A stretch of DNA of 64,000 nucleotides, taken from assembly GCA_900544615.1 (NCBI GenBank), contig UQVS01000001.1, positions 22,998 through 86,997 on the forward strand. The letters run 5' to 3'. The translations under genes were made by a program, and so were the position numbers. Positions 21,490 to 30,339 of the stretch are shown piece by piece. The notes beneath the pieces are model-generated. The model searched no databases, had not been told where the DNA came from, and saw only the letters and a list, made by a program, of their open reading frames with translations. This stretch comes from an uncultured Oscillibacter sp. (GTDB lineage Bacteria; Bacillota; Clostridia; Oscillospirales; Oscillospiraceae). Position 1 is the stretch's first letter. Every line of letters begins with the position of its first letter.

Positions 21490-22116
21490 TTATCTGATAA
21501 AATGCGTGGCGATCCGCGTTTCCTTTTCCGGCAGGCCGAACCGTTCTTTTCCCAGGGCGATGCTCCGCATCAGGAAGGTCATGTTCCGCGCCAGCGTCCG
21601 CATGGTCTGACGGCCCTCACCGTCGGCCTCCGCCTCTCCCGGCTCACGGCCATGGATGCTGTTCCAGTACTGGCTGGAAGCCACCGGCATCCCGGAAATG
21701 GTAAAATACTTGTTCAGCTCGTCAAAGGTGGCGGAGCAGCCGCCCCGGCGGGCGCAGGCCACGCTGGCGCCCACCTTCATGGTTTTGTCAAAGGGCGTGC
21801 TGAAAAACAGCCGATCCAGACAGGCGATGAGGGTGGCGTTGGCGGAAGCATAATACACCGGGCTGGCGATCACCAGACCGTCCGCCGCCTCAAATTTGGG
21901 GGCCAGCTCGTTCACAGCGTCATCAAACACGCACTTACCGGTCTTTGCACAGGAGCCACAGGCCACACATCCCCGGATATCCCGGTTTCCCAGAAGCACC
22001 GTTTCCGTTTCCACACCGCTTTCGTGAAAAATCGTTTCCATTTCCCGCAGCGCCACAGCCGTGTTGCCGTTGGCGTGGGGACTGCCGTTCAGCATAAGGA
22101 CCTTCAGCTTTTCCAT
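21490..22116 (-). CDS. flavodoxin-family protein (NADPH-dependent FMN reductase/iron-sulfur flavoprotein-like)
   Basis: KVLMLNGSPHANGNT flavodoxin-like nucleotide loop and a CVACGSCAKTGKC cysteine cluster. ATG at the third residue of the track ORF, with AGGAGGG RBS. Confidence 0.65.
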   Translation of the reverse strand: MEKLKVLMLNGSPHANGNTAVALREMETIFHESGVETETVLLGNRDIRGCVACGSCAKTGKCVFDDAVNELAPKFEAADGLVIASPVYYASANATLIACLDRLFFSTPFDKTMKVGASVACARRGGCSATFDELNKYFTISGMPVASSQYWNSIHGREPGEAEADGEGRQTMRTLARNMTFLMRSIALGKERFGLPEKETRIATHFIR

Positions 22117-22219
22117 GATCAACCCTCCTGTGATCCTCTTTTCCAGATCCGCCCGTTTGGGGAATGGGCGGACATACCTTAACTAAGTTATCATAGCATA
22201 AAATACTGCCGGATACAAG

Positions 22220-22247
22220 AAAAAGGAGGGCTTTGCCCTCCTTTTCC
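22220..22247. terminator. bidirectional terminator
   Basis: AAAAAGGAGGGCTTTGCCCTCCTTTTCC. Confidence 0.75.
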
Positions 22248-22258
22248 GAAATTTTTTG

Positions 22259-23953
22259 CTATGACAGATAGTTCAGCGGGTTTTTCGCCACGCCGTTATA
22301 CCGCACCTCAAAGTGACAGTGATTGCCGGTGGAATTTCCGGTAGAACCGGCCCGCGCTATCTGCTGGCCCTTATAGACGTGCTGCCCCACTCTGACGGTC
22401 AGGCTGGAATTGTGGCCGTACCGGGTAACGTAGCCGTTGCCGTGGTTGATCTCCACCAGGTAGCCGTAGCCGCTCATCCAGCCGGCGTAAGTCACCGTAC
22501 CGCCGTCGGCGGCATAGATAGGCGTTCCTCTGGGAACGGCGATATCGATGCCCTTATGGTTGGTGGAGCCGATGCCGCCGGGGGATCTCCGCCCGCCGAA
22601 GTAGGACGTGATCCGCCCACTGGTGGGCCAGCGGAAGCTGCCGGTGGGGAGCCATGTGGGCCGCACCTTGGTGCCTCGGAGCCGGTATTCCGTCACCGGC
22701 TCTTTCAGCGTCACGGAGGACAGAATGGTACGCTCCGTTTCCTCGCCGTTGACATAGGTGGTCTTGGCCAGCACATCCGCCTTGCCGTATTCTCCCTTGG
22801 AGGTAACTTTGTAGTCGCCCTGATAGAGACTGGCGTCGTCGGTATACTCAATGTTGTAAGCCACATCGTCCAGATACCGCTCCTGCTTTTCCACCGTCAT
22901 GGTCAGGTAGGGGACGGAGGCGGACAGGGTCAGCACCTCGCCGATCTGAAGCTTATTGATGTTGTAGCCGGGGTTCAGCGCCAGCAGCTCGCTGGAGGTC
23001 ATGTTGTTCTGCGCGGCGATCTGGGACCATGTATCGCCTTTTTTCACCTCATAGGTGACTTCAGCGGTTTTGGTGCTGTAGAGCAGTTCCGCAATATAGC
23101 CCAGATTCATGATGGCGTCTGTGGGGACGTATTCCTGCCGGATCTCCACATCCTCCTCGAATTTGCAGGAAATGGTATCCTCATCGGAAGCGGCCTTCTG
23201 AAGCTGCTCCAGCAGCTCGTCCAGAGCGCCCTCATAGGGGGTGGTGCCGATGCGCTCGCCGTTGACATACAGGCAGTAGGCGGAAGTCACCAGACCGATC
23301 TCATCGGACAGCTCCTCCTCATAGGCGGCCTTATCCTCAACGTCCTGCCGGAGCGTCCAGCCGGAATCATATTGCAGCAGGGAGGTGTCCAGCGTATAGG
23401 TCTCTCCCAGCGTTTCGGAGGTGATGGCTTCCAATTCATGCCGGACGCTCTCAGCCTCCGACTTGGAGGCCACCGTACCCAGCACATGGCCGTCATAGGT
23501 GACGGTGGTTCCCACTGTGAAAAAGGAGAAGAACAGGACGACGCCTGCCAGCACGCAGCTGCCGCCCAGAAATACCACGGCGTGCAGCCGCTTTTCCTTT
23601 TCAAACCACGTGCCGAATTTGCCGGAACGGTGGATTCGCTCCTTCCGTTTGCCCAGCAGGCGCTCCCGCAAACGGCTCGCCGCGGCAGGCAGCAGCCCCC
23701 AGAGCATCAGCAGCGCCTGCAGCGGCCCCCGGTTGGACTCCGGGAACCGGTTGGCCTTGGCCTCCCGGATCACCCGGCGGCAGCGGCGGCCGAACCAGCG
23801 GCTCTTCTTTCCGGCCCGGAACCGAAGCCGGCCCCAGAAATCCTCCGGCTCCGCCAGCACTCTGCGCTTCCGGCGGGGCTGCACGGCATTCTCCGTTTCA
23901 GAGACGCCGGTGCGCTCCGCCCGGTTATATTTTTTTTCGGTATTCTGACTCAT
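22259..23953 (-). CDS. LysM-domain M23-family peptidoglycan metalloendopeptidase
   Basis: Basic N-terminal tail, TM segment, LysM (GDTWSQIAAQNNMTSSELLALNPGY...IGEVL) and C-terminal M23 motifs (HKGIDIAVPRGTPIYAADGGTV...GHNS...GNSTGNHCHFEV). Confidence 0.88.
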   Translation of the reverse strand: MSQNTEKKYNRAERTGVSETENAVQPRRKRRVLAEPEDFWGRLRFRAGKKSRWFGRRCRRVIREAKANRFPESNRGPLQALLMLWGLLPAAASRLRERLLGKRKERIHRSGKFGTWFEKEKRLHAVVFLGGSCVLAGVVLFFSFFTVGTTVTYDGHVLGTVASKSEAESVRHELEAITSETLGETYTLDTSLLQYDSGWTLRQDVEDKAAYEEELSDEIGLVTSAYCLYVNGERIGTTPYEGALDELLEQLQKAASDEDTISCKFEEDVEIRQEYVPTDAIMNLGYIAELLYSTKTAEVTYEVKKGDTWSQIAAQNNMTSSELLALNPGYNINKLQIGEVLTLSASVPYLTMTVEKQERYLDDVAYNIEYTDDASLYQGDYKVTSKGEYGKADVLAKTTYVNGEETERTILSSVTLKEPVTEYRLRGTKVRPTWLPTGSFRWPTSGRITSYFGGRRSPGGIGSTNHKGIDIAVPRGTPIYAADGGTVTYAGWMSGYGYLVEINHGNGYVTRYGHNSSLTVRVGQHVYKGQQIARAGSTGNSTGNHCHFEVRYNGVAKNPLNYLS

Positions 23954-24099
23954 AGTCCTCCCGGAATGATCAAGCGATCAAAATAGTAACAATTTGTTAC
24001 CGTTTATTGTAGCGCCTTTTGCCGTATTCGTCAAGCGGCTTATCCAAAAAGCGCAGTTTTTTAACATATTGGCAACAATTTTCCCCCCTTACAGGTGTA

Positions 24100-24130
24100 A
24101 AAAAGCCCCGGAAGGCAAAACCTTCCGGGG
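24100..24130 (-). terminator. terminator of the ABC transporter operon
   Basis: Read on the minus strand: CCCCGGAAGGTTTTGCCTTCCGGGGCTTTTTT. Confidence 0.8.
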
Positions 24131-24147
24131 CGTCTGCGTACAGTTTC

Positions 24148-24942
24148 TCAGGACAGGAGCATCTTGTCGTTGGCCTCGTCGGAACCGCTGGCGCGGCTGA
24201 ACAGGGCCAGCAGATCGGGAACCGTCAGCTTCTTCTTGTCCTCGCCGGAGATGTCCACCACCACGCGGCCTGCGTCCATCATAATGAGCCGGTTGCCGTG
24301 GGCAATGGCGTCTTTCATGTTGTGGGTGATCATCAGGGTGGTCAGGCTGTTCTCCTGCACGATCTGGTCGGACAGCTCCAGCACCTTGGCGGCGGTCTTG
24401 GGATCCAGCGCGGCGGTGTGTTCGTCCAGCAGCAGCAGCTTGGGCTTCTTCAGGGACGCCATCAGCAGCGTCAGCGCCTGACGCTGGCCGCCGGAGAGGA
24501 GGCCCACCTTGGCGGTGAGACGATTCTCAAGGCCCAGATCCAGCTTTCGGAGCAGTTCCCTGTAATCCGCCCGTTCTGCGGCGGTAATGCCCCACTTCAG
24601 GCCGCGGGGCTGACCCCGGCGGGCCGCCAGCGCCAGATTTTCCTCGATCTGCATGGTGGGGGCCGTACCCATCATGGGGTCCTGAAACACGCGGCCCAGA
24701 AACGCCGCCCGCTTATGCTCCGGCAGCTTGGTAACGTCCTGTCCGTCAATGGTGATAGTGCCTTCGTCCACCTGAAACACGCCGGCAATGGCGTTGAGCA
24801 TGGTGGACTTGCCTGCGCCGTTGCCGCCGATGACGGTGACAAAATCGCCGTCGTTCAGGGTCAGGTTCAGGTGGTTCAGAGCTACCTTGGCGTTGATGGT
24901 ATTGGGGTTAAAGGTTTTGCAGATACCTTTCAGCTCAAGCAT
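24148..24942 (-). CDS. ABC transporter ATP-binding protein (COG1101-type, with C-terminal extension)
   Basis: Walker A GGNGAGKST, signature LSGGQRQ and Walker B LLLLDE. Start moved to MLELKGI (RBS GGGAGG). Confidence 0.88.
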   Translation of the reverse strand: MLELKGICKTFNPNTINAKVALNHLNLTLNDGDFVTVIGGNGAGKSTMLNAIAGVFQVDEGTITIDGQDVTKLPEHKRAAFLGRVFQDPMMGTAPTMQIEENLALAARRGQPRGLKWGITAAERADYRELLRKLDLGLENRLTAKVGLLSGGQRQALTLLMASLKKPKLLLLDEHTAALDPKTAAKVLELSDQIVQENSLTTLMITHNMKDAIAHGNRLIMMDAGRVVVDISGEDKKKLTVPDLLALFSRASGSDEANDKMLLS

Positions 24943-25855
24943 GGACGCTGCCTCCCTTCTTGGTGTGGATGTGGCTCTTCCAGTAAGGAATGGCAAGGAA
25001 CACAGCCACGATCAGGGCAGACACCAGCTTCAGGTCGTTGGTGTTCAGGCCCAGCTGCAAAACGATTTGCAGAACGATGTAGTAGATCACAGCGCCGATG
25101 GCCACGCCCAGCAGCTTCAGGGCGAAGTTGCCGAACAGCTTGCCGAAGGCCACCTCGCCGATGATGACGGCGGCAAGGCCGATGACGATGGCGCCGCGGC
25201 CCATGTTGATATCAGAAGAACCCTGGAACTGAGCCAGCAGGCCGCCGGCCAGAGCCACCAGACCATTGGAGACCATCAGACCCAGCACCACATTGGCGTT
25301 GGTGTTGATGCCCTGCGCCCGCGCCATGTTGGGGTTGGCGCCGGTGGCGCGGAGGGAGCAGCCCTTTTCCGTGCCGAAGAACCAGTACAGAATGGCAATG
25401 AGCGCCACCGTGAACACCACCAGCAGCGGCAGGGGATTGTCCAGACTGACTGTCCGCACATACCGCTGGGACACCAGCAGGTCGTATTTATCCACGCCTA
25501 CTGCCTGATTGGCCTTGCCGCCCATGATCCGCAGGTTGATGGAATACAGGGACAGCTGGGTGAGAATACCGGCCAGAATGGCAGGGATGCCGCATTTCGT
25601 GTGGAACACGCCGGTGACAAGACCCGCCAGCATACCGGCCGCAAAGGCGCACAGCAGGGCGGCCCACGGATTCACTCCCGCCCGGATCAGCATAACTGCC
25701 ACGGCGCCGCCGGTGGCCAGAGAGCCGTCCACTGTCAGGTCGGCCACGTCCAGAATTCGGAACGTGATGTAGACGCCGATGGCCATCAGGCCCCAGATCA
25801 GGCCCTGTGCCACCGCGCCCGGCAGCGCGTTGAAAAGGGAGGATAGAAAGCTCAT
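24935..25855 (-). CDS. ABC transporter permease (COG4120-type single permease)
   Basis: 306 aa and polytopic. It overlaps the ATPase start by 8 nt. Confidence 0.8.
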   Translation of the reverse strand: MSFLSSLFNALPGAVAQGLIWGLMAIGVYITFRILDVADLTVDGSLATGGAVAVMLIRAGVNPWAALLCAFAAGMLAGLVTGVFHTKCGIPAILAGILTQLSLYSINLRIMGGKANQAVGVDKYDLLVSQRYVRTVSLDNPLPLLVVFTVALIAILYWFFGTEKGCSLRATGANPNMARAQGINTNANVVLGLMVSNGLVALAGGLLAQFQGSSDINMGRGAIVIGLAAVIIGEVAFGKLFGNFALKLLGVAIGAVIYYIVLQIVLQLGLNTNDLKLVSALIVAVFLAIPYWKSHIHTKKGGSVHA

Positions 25856-25932
25856 AGCAATTCTCCTTGTTCACGGCAAGAGGAGGGGTCTCCCCCTCCT
25901 GCCTGATTTTACTGTGAAATTAGCGGTTGGGA

Positions 25933-26946
25933 TCAGCCCTCGATGGCGGTGTAGCCGTCCAGCGGGGTGATGCCCAGAGTATCGCAGATGGTGGGGTTGT
26001 ACTTGGGGGTTGCATCGGTGTACTCAATGGGCATGGTGGAGATGTCCGCCTCGCCGGTGAGAATCTTGGCAGCCATCTTGCCGGTGGTCACGCCCAGATC
26101 ATAGTAGCTGATGGACAGGGTTGCCACGCCGCAGCCGGAGCAGATGCCCTCTTCGCCGCAGATGGCGGGAACGCCGGCGGGAACCAGAATGTTGGCAATG
26201 GCCTCGGTGTTGGAAGCGGCGGCGTTGTCGGTGGGGATGTACACCACGTCGGAGTAGTCAGCGGCGGACTGGGTCACGGAAGCAACGTCGTTGGTATCGG
26301 TGAAGGCGAACTCCTGGGTCTCAATGCCCTTGTTGGCCAGGCAGGTGGCAACTTCCTCGATCTGATAGCGGGAGTTAGGCTCGCCAGAGCAGAACAGCAG
26401 GCCCACCTTCTTGGCATCGGGGAACCACTCGGTGATCATGTCGGCCTGCTTGCTCAGGTCGGCCAGATCGGAGGTGCCGGAGATGTTGCCGCCCACGGTG
26501 CCGTTGAAGTCATCAATGTCCAGAGCCACGCCATAAGCGGTGATGGAGGTACCCAGAATGGGGATATCGGCAGTTGCGGAAGCAGCGGCGGTCAGGGCTG
26601 CGGTGGCGTTGGCCATGATCAGATCCACGCCCTCGGACACATAGCCGTTGACAATGGTGGCGCAGTTGGTGGCGTCGCCGGAGGCGTTATTGTTCTCGAT
26701 CTCCACCTGACCGGGCAGTGCTTCGTTCAGGGCGTCAATGAACCCCTGCGTTGCAGCGTCCAGAGCTTCGTGCTGAACCAGCTGGCAGATGCCGACCTTG
26801 TATACGGTAGCGTCCGCAGAGGTGTCGGCGTCAGCAGGGGCGTCGGTGGAGGTGTCGGCGGGAGCATCGGTCTTGGAACCGCCGCAGGCGGCCAGAGACA
26901 GCATCATGGCCGCAGCCAGAGCAAGTGCAAGCATTTTCTTCTTCAT
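25933..26946 (-). CDS. ABC transporter substrate-binding lipoprotein (COG2984-type)
   Basis: MKKKMLALALAAAMMLSLAACGG lipobox followed by a ~300-aa periplasmic binding domain. Start moved to the second in-frame ATG, 9 nt after AAAGGAG. Confidence 0.8.
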   Translation of the reverse strand: MKKKMLALALAAAMMLSLAACGGSKTDAPADTSTDAPADADTSADATVYKVGICQLVQHEALDAATQGFIDALNEALPGQVEIENNNASGDATNCATIVNGYVSEGVDLIMANATAALTAAASATADIPILGTSITAYGVALDIDDFNGTVGGNISGTSDLADLSKQADMITEWFPDAKKVGLLFCSGEPNSRYQIEEVATCLANKGIETQEFAFTDTNDVASVTQSAADYSDVVYIPTDNAAASNTEAIANILVPAGVPAICGEEGICSGCGVATLSISYYDLGVTTGKMAAKILTGEADISTMPIEYTDATPKYNPTICDTLGITPLDGYTAIEG

Positions 26947-27001
26947 AATCATCTTCTCCTTTGAGTCCGTATCCGGAACAATGAACAGAATGCGTGACGG
27001 T

Positions 27002-27230
27002 AAAAAGAAAAGGGGCCTGTCCGCGGAACAGAACCCCCTCACATCCAACAGGCAAGTACCTTATGCCTGACAGGTCGTCTGTTCCTTTTCTGCATTGCGA
27101 AAGAAGCCCGCAAAAGAGCGTGCGTAACGGTAATAGGACGTAAACATTCCGTAACGCATGAGGGACTCCTTTCCGCCGTGTCCGGCCGGTTGATGGTATT
27201 ACAATACAGCTTTAAACGACTAAAGTCAAC
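27002..27230 (-). promoter_or_regulatory. regulatory leader of the ABC operon: promoter, 34-codon Tyr/Phe-rich leader ORF, intrinsic terminator
   Basis: On the minus strand: TTGACT-17-TATTGT at ~27222-27194, SD AAAGGAG and ATG at 27159. The ORF is MRYGMFTSYYRYARSFAGFFRNAEKEQTTCQA with its stop at 27058. A hairpin GGGG(TT)CTGT...ACAG(G)CCCC plus TTTTCTTTTT lies at ~27039-27002, about 60 nt before the SBP gene SD. Confidence 0.5.
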
Positions 27231-27368
27231 TGTAAATTTTGACAAAACGGAAAGAAAATTCACGGGAAGTTGAAACACTTTGACAAGTTCCTCCATTTCT
27301 GCTACACTACCAGCCACAGGAGGGACGTTTTCCCGCCCCCTGATCATTCTGGAAAAGAGGAATCTCAG

Positions 27369-28442
27369 ATGAACCATTTCAAGCAGATCGCCGCCGGGCT
27401 GGAGGCGCATCATCTGGACGCCGTGCTGCTGACCTGCGAGGCCAACCGCTTCTACGCCTGCGGCTTCCATTCCGCCGGAAGCGACGGCATTGCCGTAGTG
27501 ACCCGGCATCACAATTATTATTTTACCGACAGCCGCTATACCGAGGCCGCCGGGCGCTATGTGCAGGACGCGGAGATCCGGGAGGCCAACCGGGAGCATC
27601 CCTATTCCGCCCTCATCAATGAGGTGATCCAGCGGGAGCACATCACCCGCATGGGCTATGAGGATGAGTACATGACCGTGGCGGACTTCCGCCGGTTTTC
27701 GGAAAAGCTCTCCTGCGAACTGGTTCCCGCCACGCAGCTCCTGTGGGATCTCCGGGCCGTGAAGGACAGCGAGGAGCTGAACTGCATGATTCAGGCGCAG
27801 CGGATCACGGAAAAGGCCTTCGACGATATCCTAAAGGAGATCCGCCCCGGCGTCAGCGAAAAGGAGATCGCCGCCCGCATCCTCTACCTCATGCTGCACT
27901 ACGGCGCGGAGGACAAGTCCTTCGACCCCATCGTGGTGTCCGGCCCTAACGGCAGCCTGCCCCACGGCGTCCCCAGCGAAAAGCTGATTCAGGATGGGGA
28001 ATTCGTCACCATGGACATCGGCTGCAAGTTCGGCGGCTACTGCTCCGATATGACCCGCACCGTGGCGGTGGGCCATGTGACCGATGAAATGCGGACTGTT
28101 TACGAAACGGTGCTTCAGGCCCAGCTGGCAGGCATCGGCGCCGCCAAGGGCGGCATCACCGGTCACGATCTGGACGCCGCCGCCCGGCAGGTCATTGAGG
28201 ATGCCGGCTACGGCCCCTATTTCGGCCACAGCTTCGGCCACAGCGTAGGCGTGGAGATTCACGAAAACCCCAACGCCACCCCCTCCAACCACCAGCCTCT
28301 GCCGGTGGGGACCGTCATCAGCGAGGAGCCGGGGATCTACCTTCCGGGGAAGCTGGGGGTGCGGATCGAGGATGTCGTCATTTTGACGGAAAACGGCTGT
28401 CAGAACATCACGCTGTCTCCCAAAAATCTCATTATTTTATGA
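27369..28442 (+). CDS. M24-family Xaa-Pro aminopeptidase/dipeptidase
   Basis: Creatinase-like N-terminal domain and M24 metal ligands (HGVGVEIHE, EEPGIY, IEDVV). Start at MNHFK (RBS AAGAGGA). Confidence 0.85.
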   Translation: MNHFKQIAAGLEAHHLDAVLLTCEANRFYACGFHSAGSDGIAVVTRHHNYYFTDSRYTEAAGRYVQDAEIREANREHPYSALINEVIQREHITRMGYEDEYMTVADFRRFSEKLSCELVPATQLLWDLRAVKDSEELNCMIQAQRITEKAFDDILKEIRPGVSEKEIAARILYLMLHYGAEDKSFDPIVVSGPNGSLPHGVPSEKLIQDGEFVTMDIGCKFGGYCSDMTRTVAVGHVTDEMRTVYETVLQAQLAGIGAAKGGITGHDLDAAARQVIEDAGYGPYFGHSFGHSVGVEIHENPNATPSNHQPLPVGTVISEEPGIYLPGKLGVRIEDVVILTENGCQNITLSPKNLIIL

Positions 28443-28578
28443 CGATTATGCAAAATAGGGTGCGAAAACGATTGTTTTCGCACCCTATTTGTCAAAAGTA
28501 CCGTTGACAAAAAAGAGCGTCCATCGTATCATCTATATTCGGAATTTTTACCCTCCACGTCAGAAAGGGAAGTGTCAC

Positions 28579-30192
28579 ATGGACAAAGTATACATCACAG
28601 GCCACCGCAACCCGGATACCGACTCCATCGTATCCGCCATAGCCTATGCCGCATTGAAAAACGCGCTGGGCCAGCGGCAGTACTGCGCCGCCCGTCTGGG
28701 GGAGATCAGCGATGAGACGCAGGCTGTTCTGGACCGGTTTGACGCCAAAGCGCCGGAGCTGATCAACAACGTCCGCACGCAGGTGCGGGATCTGGACTTC
28801 GATACCCCCCCCACCCTGTCCGCCGCCGCCACCATCAGCCGGGCATGGCAGACCATGCAGGCCGACCGGATCTCCGTGCTGCCGGTGGCCAACGAGGACG
28901 GCACCCTGTACGGAATGCTCTCCGCCGGGGACGTGGCCAGCTACGATATGCTGGCCGTCCGCAATGCACTGGTGGAACACGTGCCGGTATACAATCTGCT
29001 GTCCGTTCTGGAAGGCCGGGTGCTGAATGCAGGCGGTCAGGTTCGGGACGAGGTTTCCGGCGAAGTGACCATTGCCCTGCCTGCCGGGCGGGAAAACCTG
29101 CTGTTCTCCTCTTCGGAATCCATCGTTGTCTGCGGCGACCAGCCGGATATGATCCGCCGGGCCATTGAGCTGCATGCCGCCTGCGTCATCGTCTGTCAGG
29201 CGGAGGTGCAGCAGGAGCTGCTGGATATGGACACGGATACCTGCATCATCTCCACCCCCTATGACGCCTACCGGGCCGTGCATCTGATCTGCCACGCCCT
29301 GCCCATTGCGCGCATCTGCAAGAGCCACGATCTGGTGTGCTTCCATCTGGACGACTACATTGACGACGTACGGAACGCCGTGCTGGAAAGCCGGTTCCGG
29401 GCCTACCCCATTCTGGACGAGCATGAGCACGTGGTGGGAACGCTGTCCCGGTTCCACCTGCTGCGTCCCCGCCGGAAGCAGGTGATTCTGGTGGATCACA
29501 ACGAAAAGGCCCAGTCCGTGGCCGGTCTGGATCAGGCGGACATTCTGGAAATCGTGGATCACCACCGTCTGGCGGACATCGAGACCACCAACCCCATCTA
29601 CGTCCGCAACGAGCCGGTGGGCAGCTCCGCCACCATCGTGGCGGATATGTATCAGGAAAAGGGACTGATGCCCACGGCGAAAATGGCAGGTCTTATGGCT
29701 TCCGCCATTGTCTCCGACACGGTCATGTTCAAGTCTCCCACCTGCACGCAGCGGGACATTGACATTGCCAACCGCATGGCCCGCATTGCCAACGTCTCTC
29801 TGGAGGATCTGGGAAAAACTGTATTCTCCGCCTCTGTCAGCGACGATAAGAGCGCCGAGATGATCATCGGAACCGACTATAAGGAGTTCCACATCGCAGG
29901 CCACAATCTGGCGGTCAGTCAGGTCACCTGCATGGACGCCGAGCGTCTCACGGAGCGGACGGAGGAGTTTCTTGACTGTATGCGCGGGATCCGTCATGAT
30001 TATGGTCTGGACACCGTACTGCTGATGATCACCGACGTGCTGAAGGAAGGCTCCTATCTCCTGTATGTAGGCGATGAGGACACGATTCGTCAGGCGTTCA
30101 ATATCTCCGGTGAAAAGAACCCGGTGTTCCTGCCGGAAGTCATGAGCCGGAAAAAGCAGATCATTCCCGTGCTGTCCGCCCTCTGGGGCTGA
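28579..30192 (+). CDS. CBS-domain-containing family II (Mn-dependent, DHH/DHHA2) inorganic pyrophosphatase
   Basis: MDKVYITGHRNPDTDSIVSAIAYAAL DHH N-terminus, an internal CBS pair, a DHH motif (VDHHRLADIET) and a DHHA2 C-terminus. Start at MDKVY. Confidence 0.8.
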   Translation: MDKVYITGHRNPDTDSIVSAIAYAALKNALGQRQYCAARLGEISDETQAVLDRFDAKAPELINNVRTQVRDLDFDTPPTLSAAATISRAWQTMQADRISVLPVANEDGTLYGMLSAGDVASYDMLAVRNALVEHVPVYNLLSVLEGRVLNAGGQVRDEVSGEVTIALPAGRENLLFSSSESIVVCGDQPDMIRRAIELHAACVIVCQAEVQQELLDMDTDTCIISTPYDAYRAVHLICHALPIARICKSHDLVCFHLDDYIDDVRNAVLESRFRAYPILDEHEHVVGTLSRFHLLRPRRKQVILVDHNEKAQSVAGLDQADILEIVDHHRLADIETTNPIYVRNEPVGSSATIVADMYQEKGLMPTAKMAGLMASAIVSDTVMFKSPTCTQRDIDIANRMARIANVSLEDLGKTVFSASVSDDKSAEMIIGTDYKEFHIAGHNLAVSQVTCMDAERLTERTEEFLDCMRGIRHDYGLDTVLLMITDVLKEGSYLLYVGDEDTIRQAFNISGEKNPVFLPEVMSRKKQIIPVLSALWG

Positions 30193-30209
30193 GCTGCCGG
30201 ACAACGTGC

Positions 30210-30258
30210 AGACCGCCGCCGTATGGATTTCATACGGCGGCGGTTTTTCGTTTTTCTG
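30210..30258 (+). terminator. rho-independent terminator
   Basis: GACCGCCGCCGTATG-GATTTC-ATACGGCGGCGGT followed by TTTTCGTTTTT. Confidence 0.85.
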
Positions 30259-30339
30259 TCAGCGCGCTTTGCCGGCATCTCCGCAAAACAAAAGAGAGCT
30301 GCTTCCCAAAGGAAACAGCCCCCTTTTCAGGCAGCGGCT

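Noticed and set aside
13807-22182. Very long plus-strand ORFs (890, 1145, 731 aa) and similar ones elsewhere: 3507-5114, 8887-10566, 22313-23986, 28492-30204 (-), 30223-32337, 44491-45864, 46881-48503, 48811-50925, 52233-53423 (-), 53753-54694 (-), 57637-59976 (-), 59952-62516 (-)
   Set aside because: They lie exactly antisense to clearly identifiable conserved genes (mutL/mutS/miaB, lepA, htpG, glyQS, yidC/jag, dnaA, dnaN, gyrB, gyrA and others). Their translations are low-complexity and G/A/R/H-rich with no motifs. Long stop-free antisense frames are expected at ~60% GC.
26947-27368. T-box riboswitch upstream of the COG2984-family ABC transporter (as found for Trp-linked homologues)
   Set aside because: No AATTAGGGTGGTACC-like T-box sequence and no specifier-loop or GA-motif architecture. 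The leader instead carries a translated-looking mini-ORF with an SD.
27039-27641. 200-aa minus-strand ORF spanning the ABC/M24 intergenic region, plus ORFs 39728-39976, 39888-40427, 2673-3005 and 2836-3153
   Set aside because: They have no RBS and overlap promoters, terminators or the real leader ORF, with atypical composition. They are best explained as chance ORFs across regulatory or duplicated DNA.
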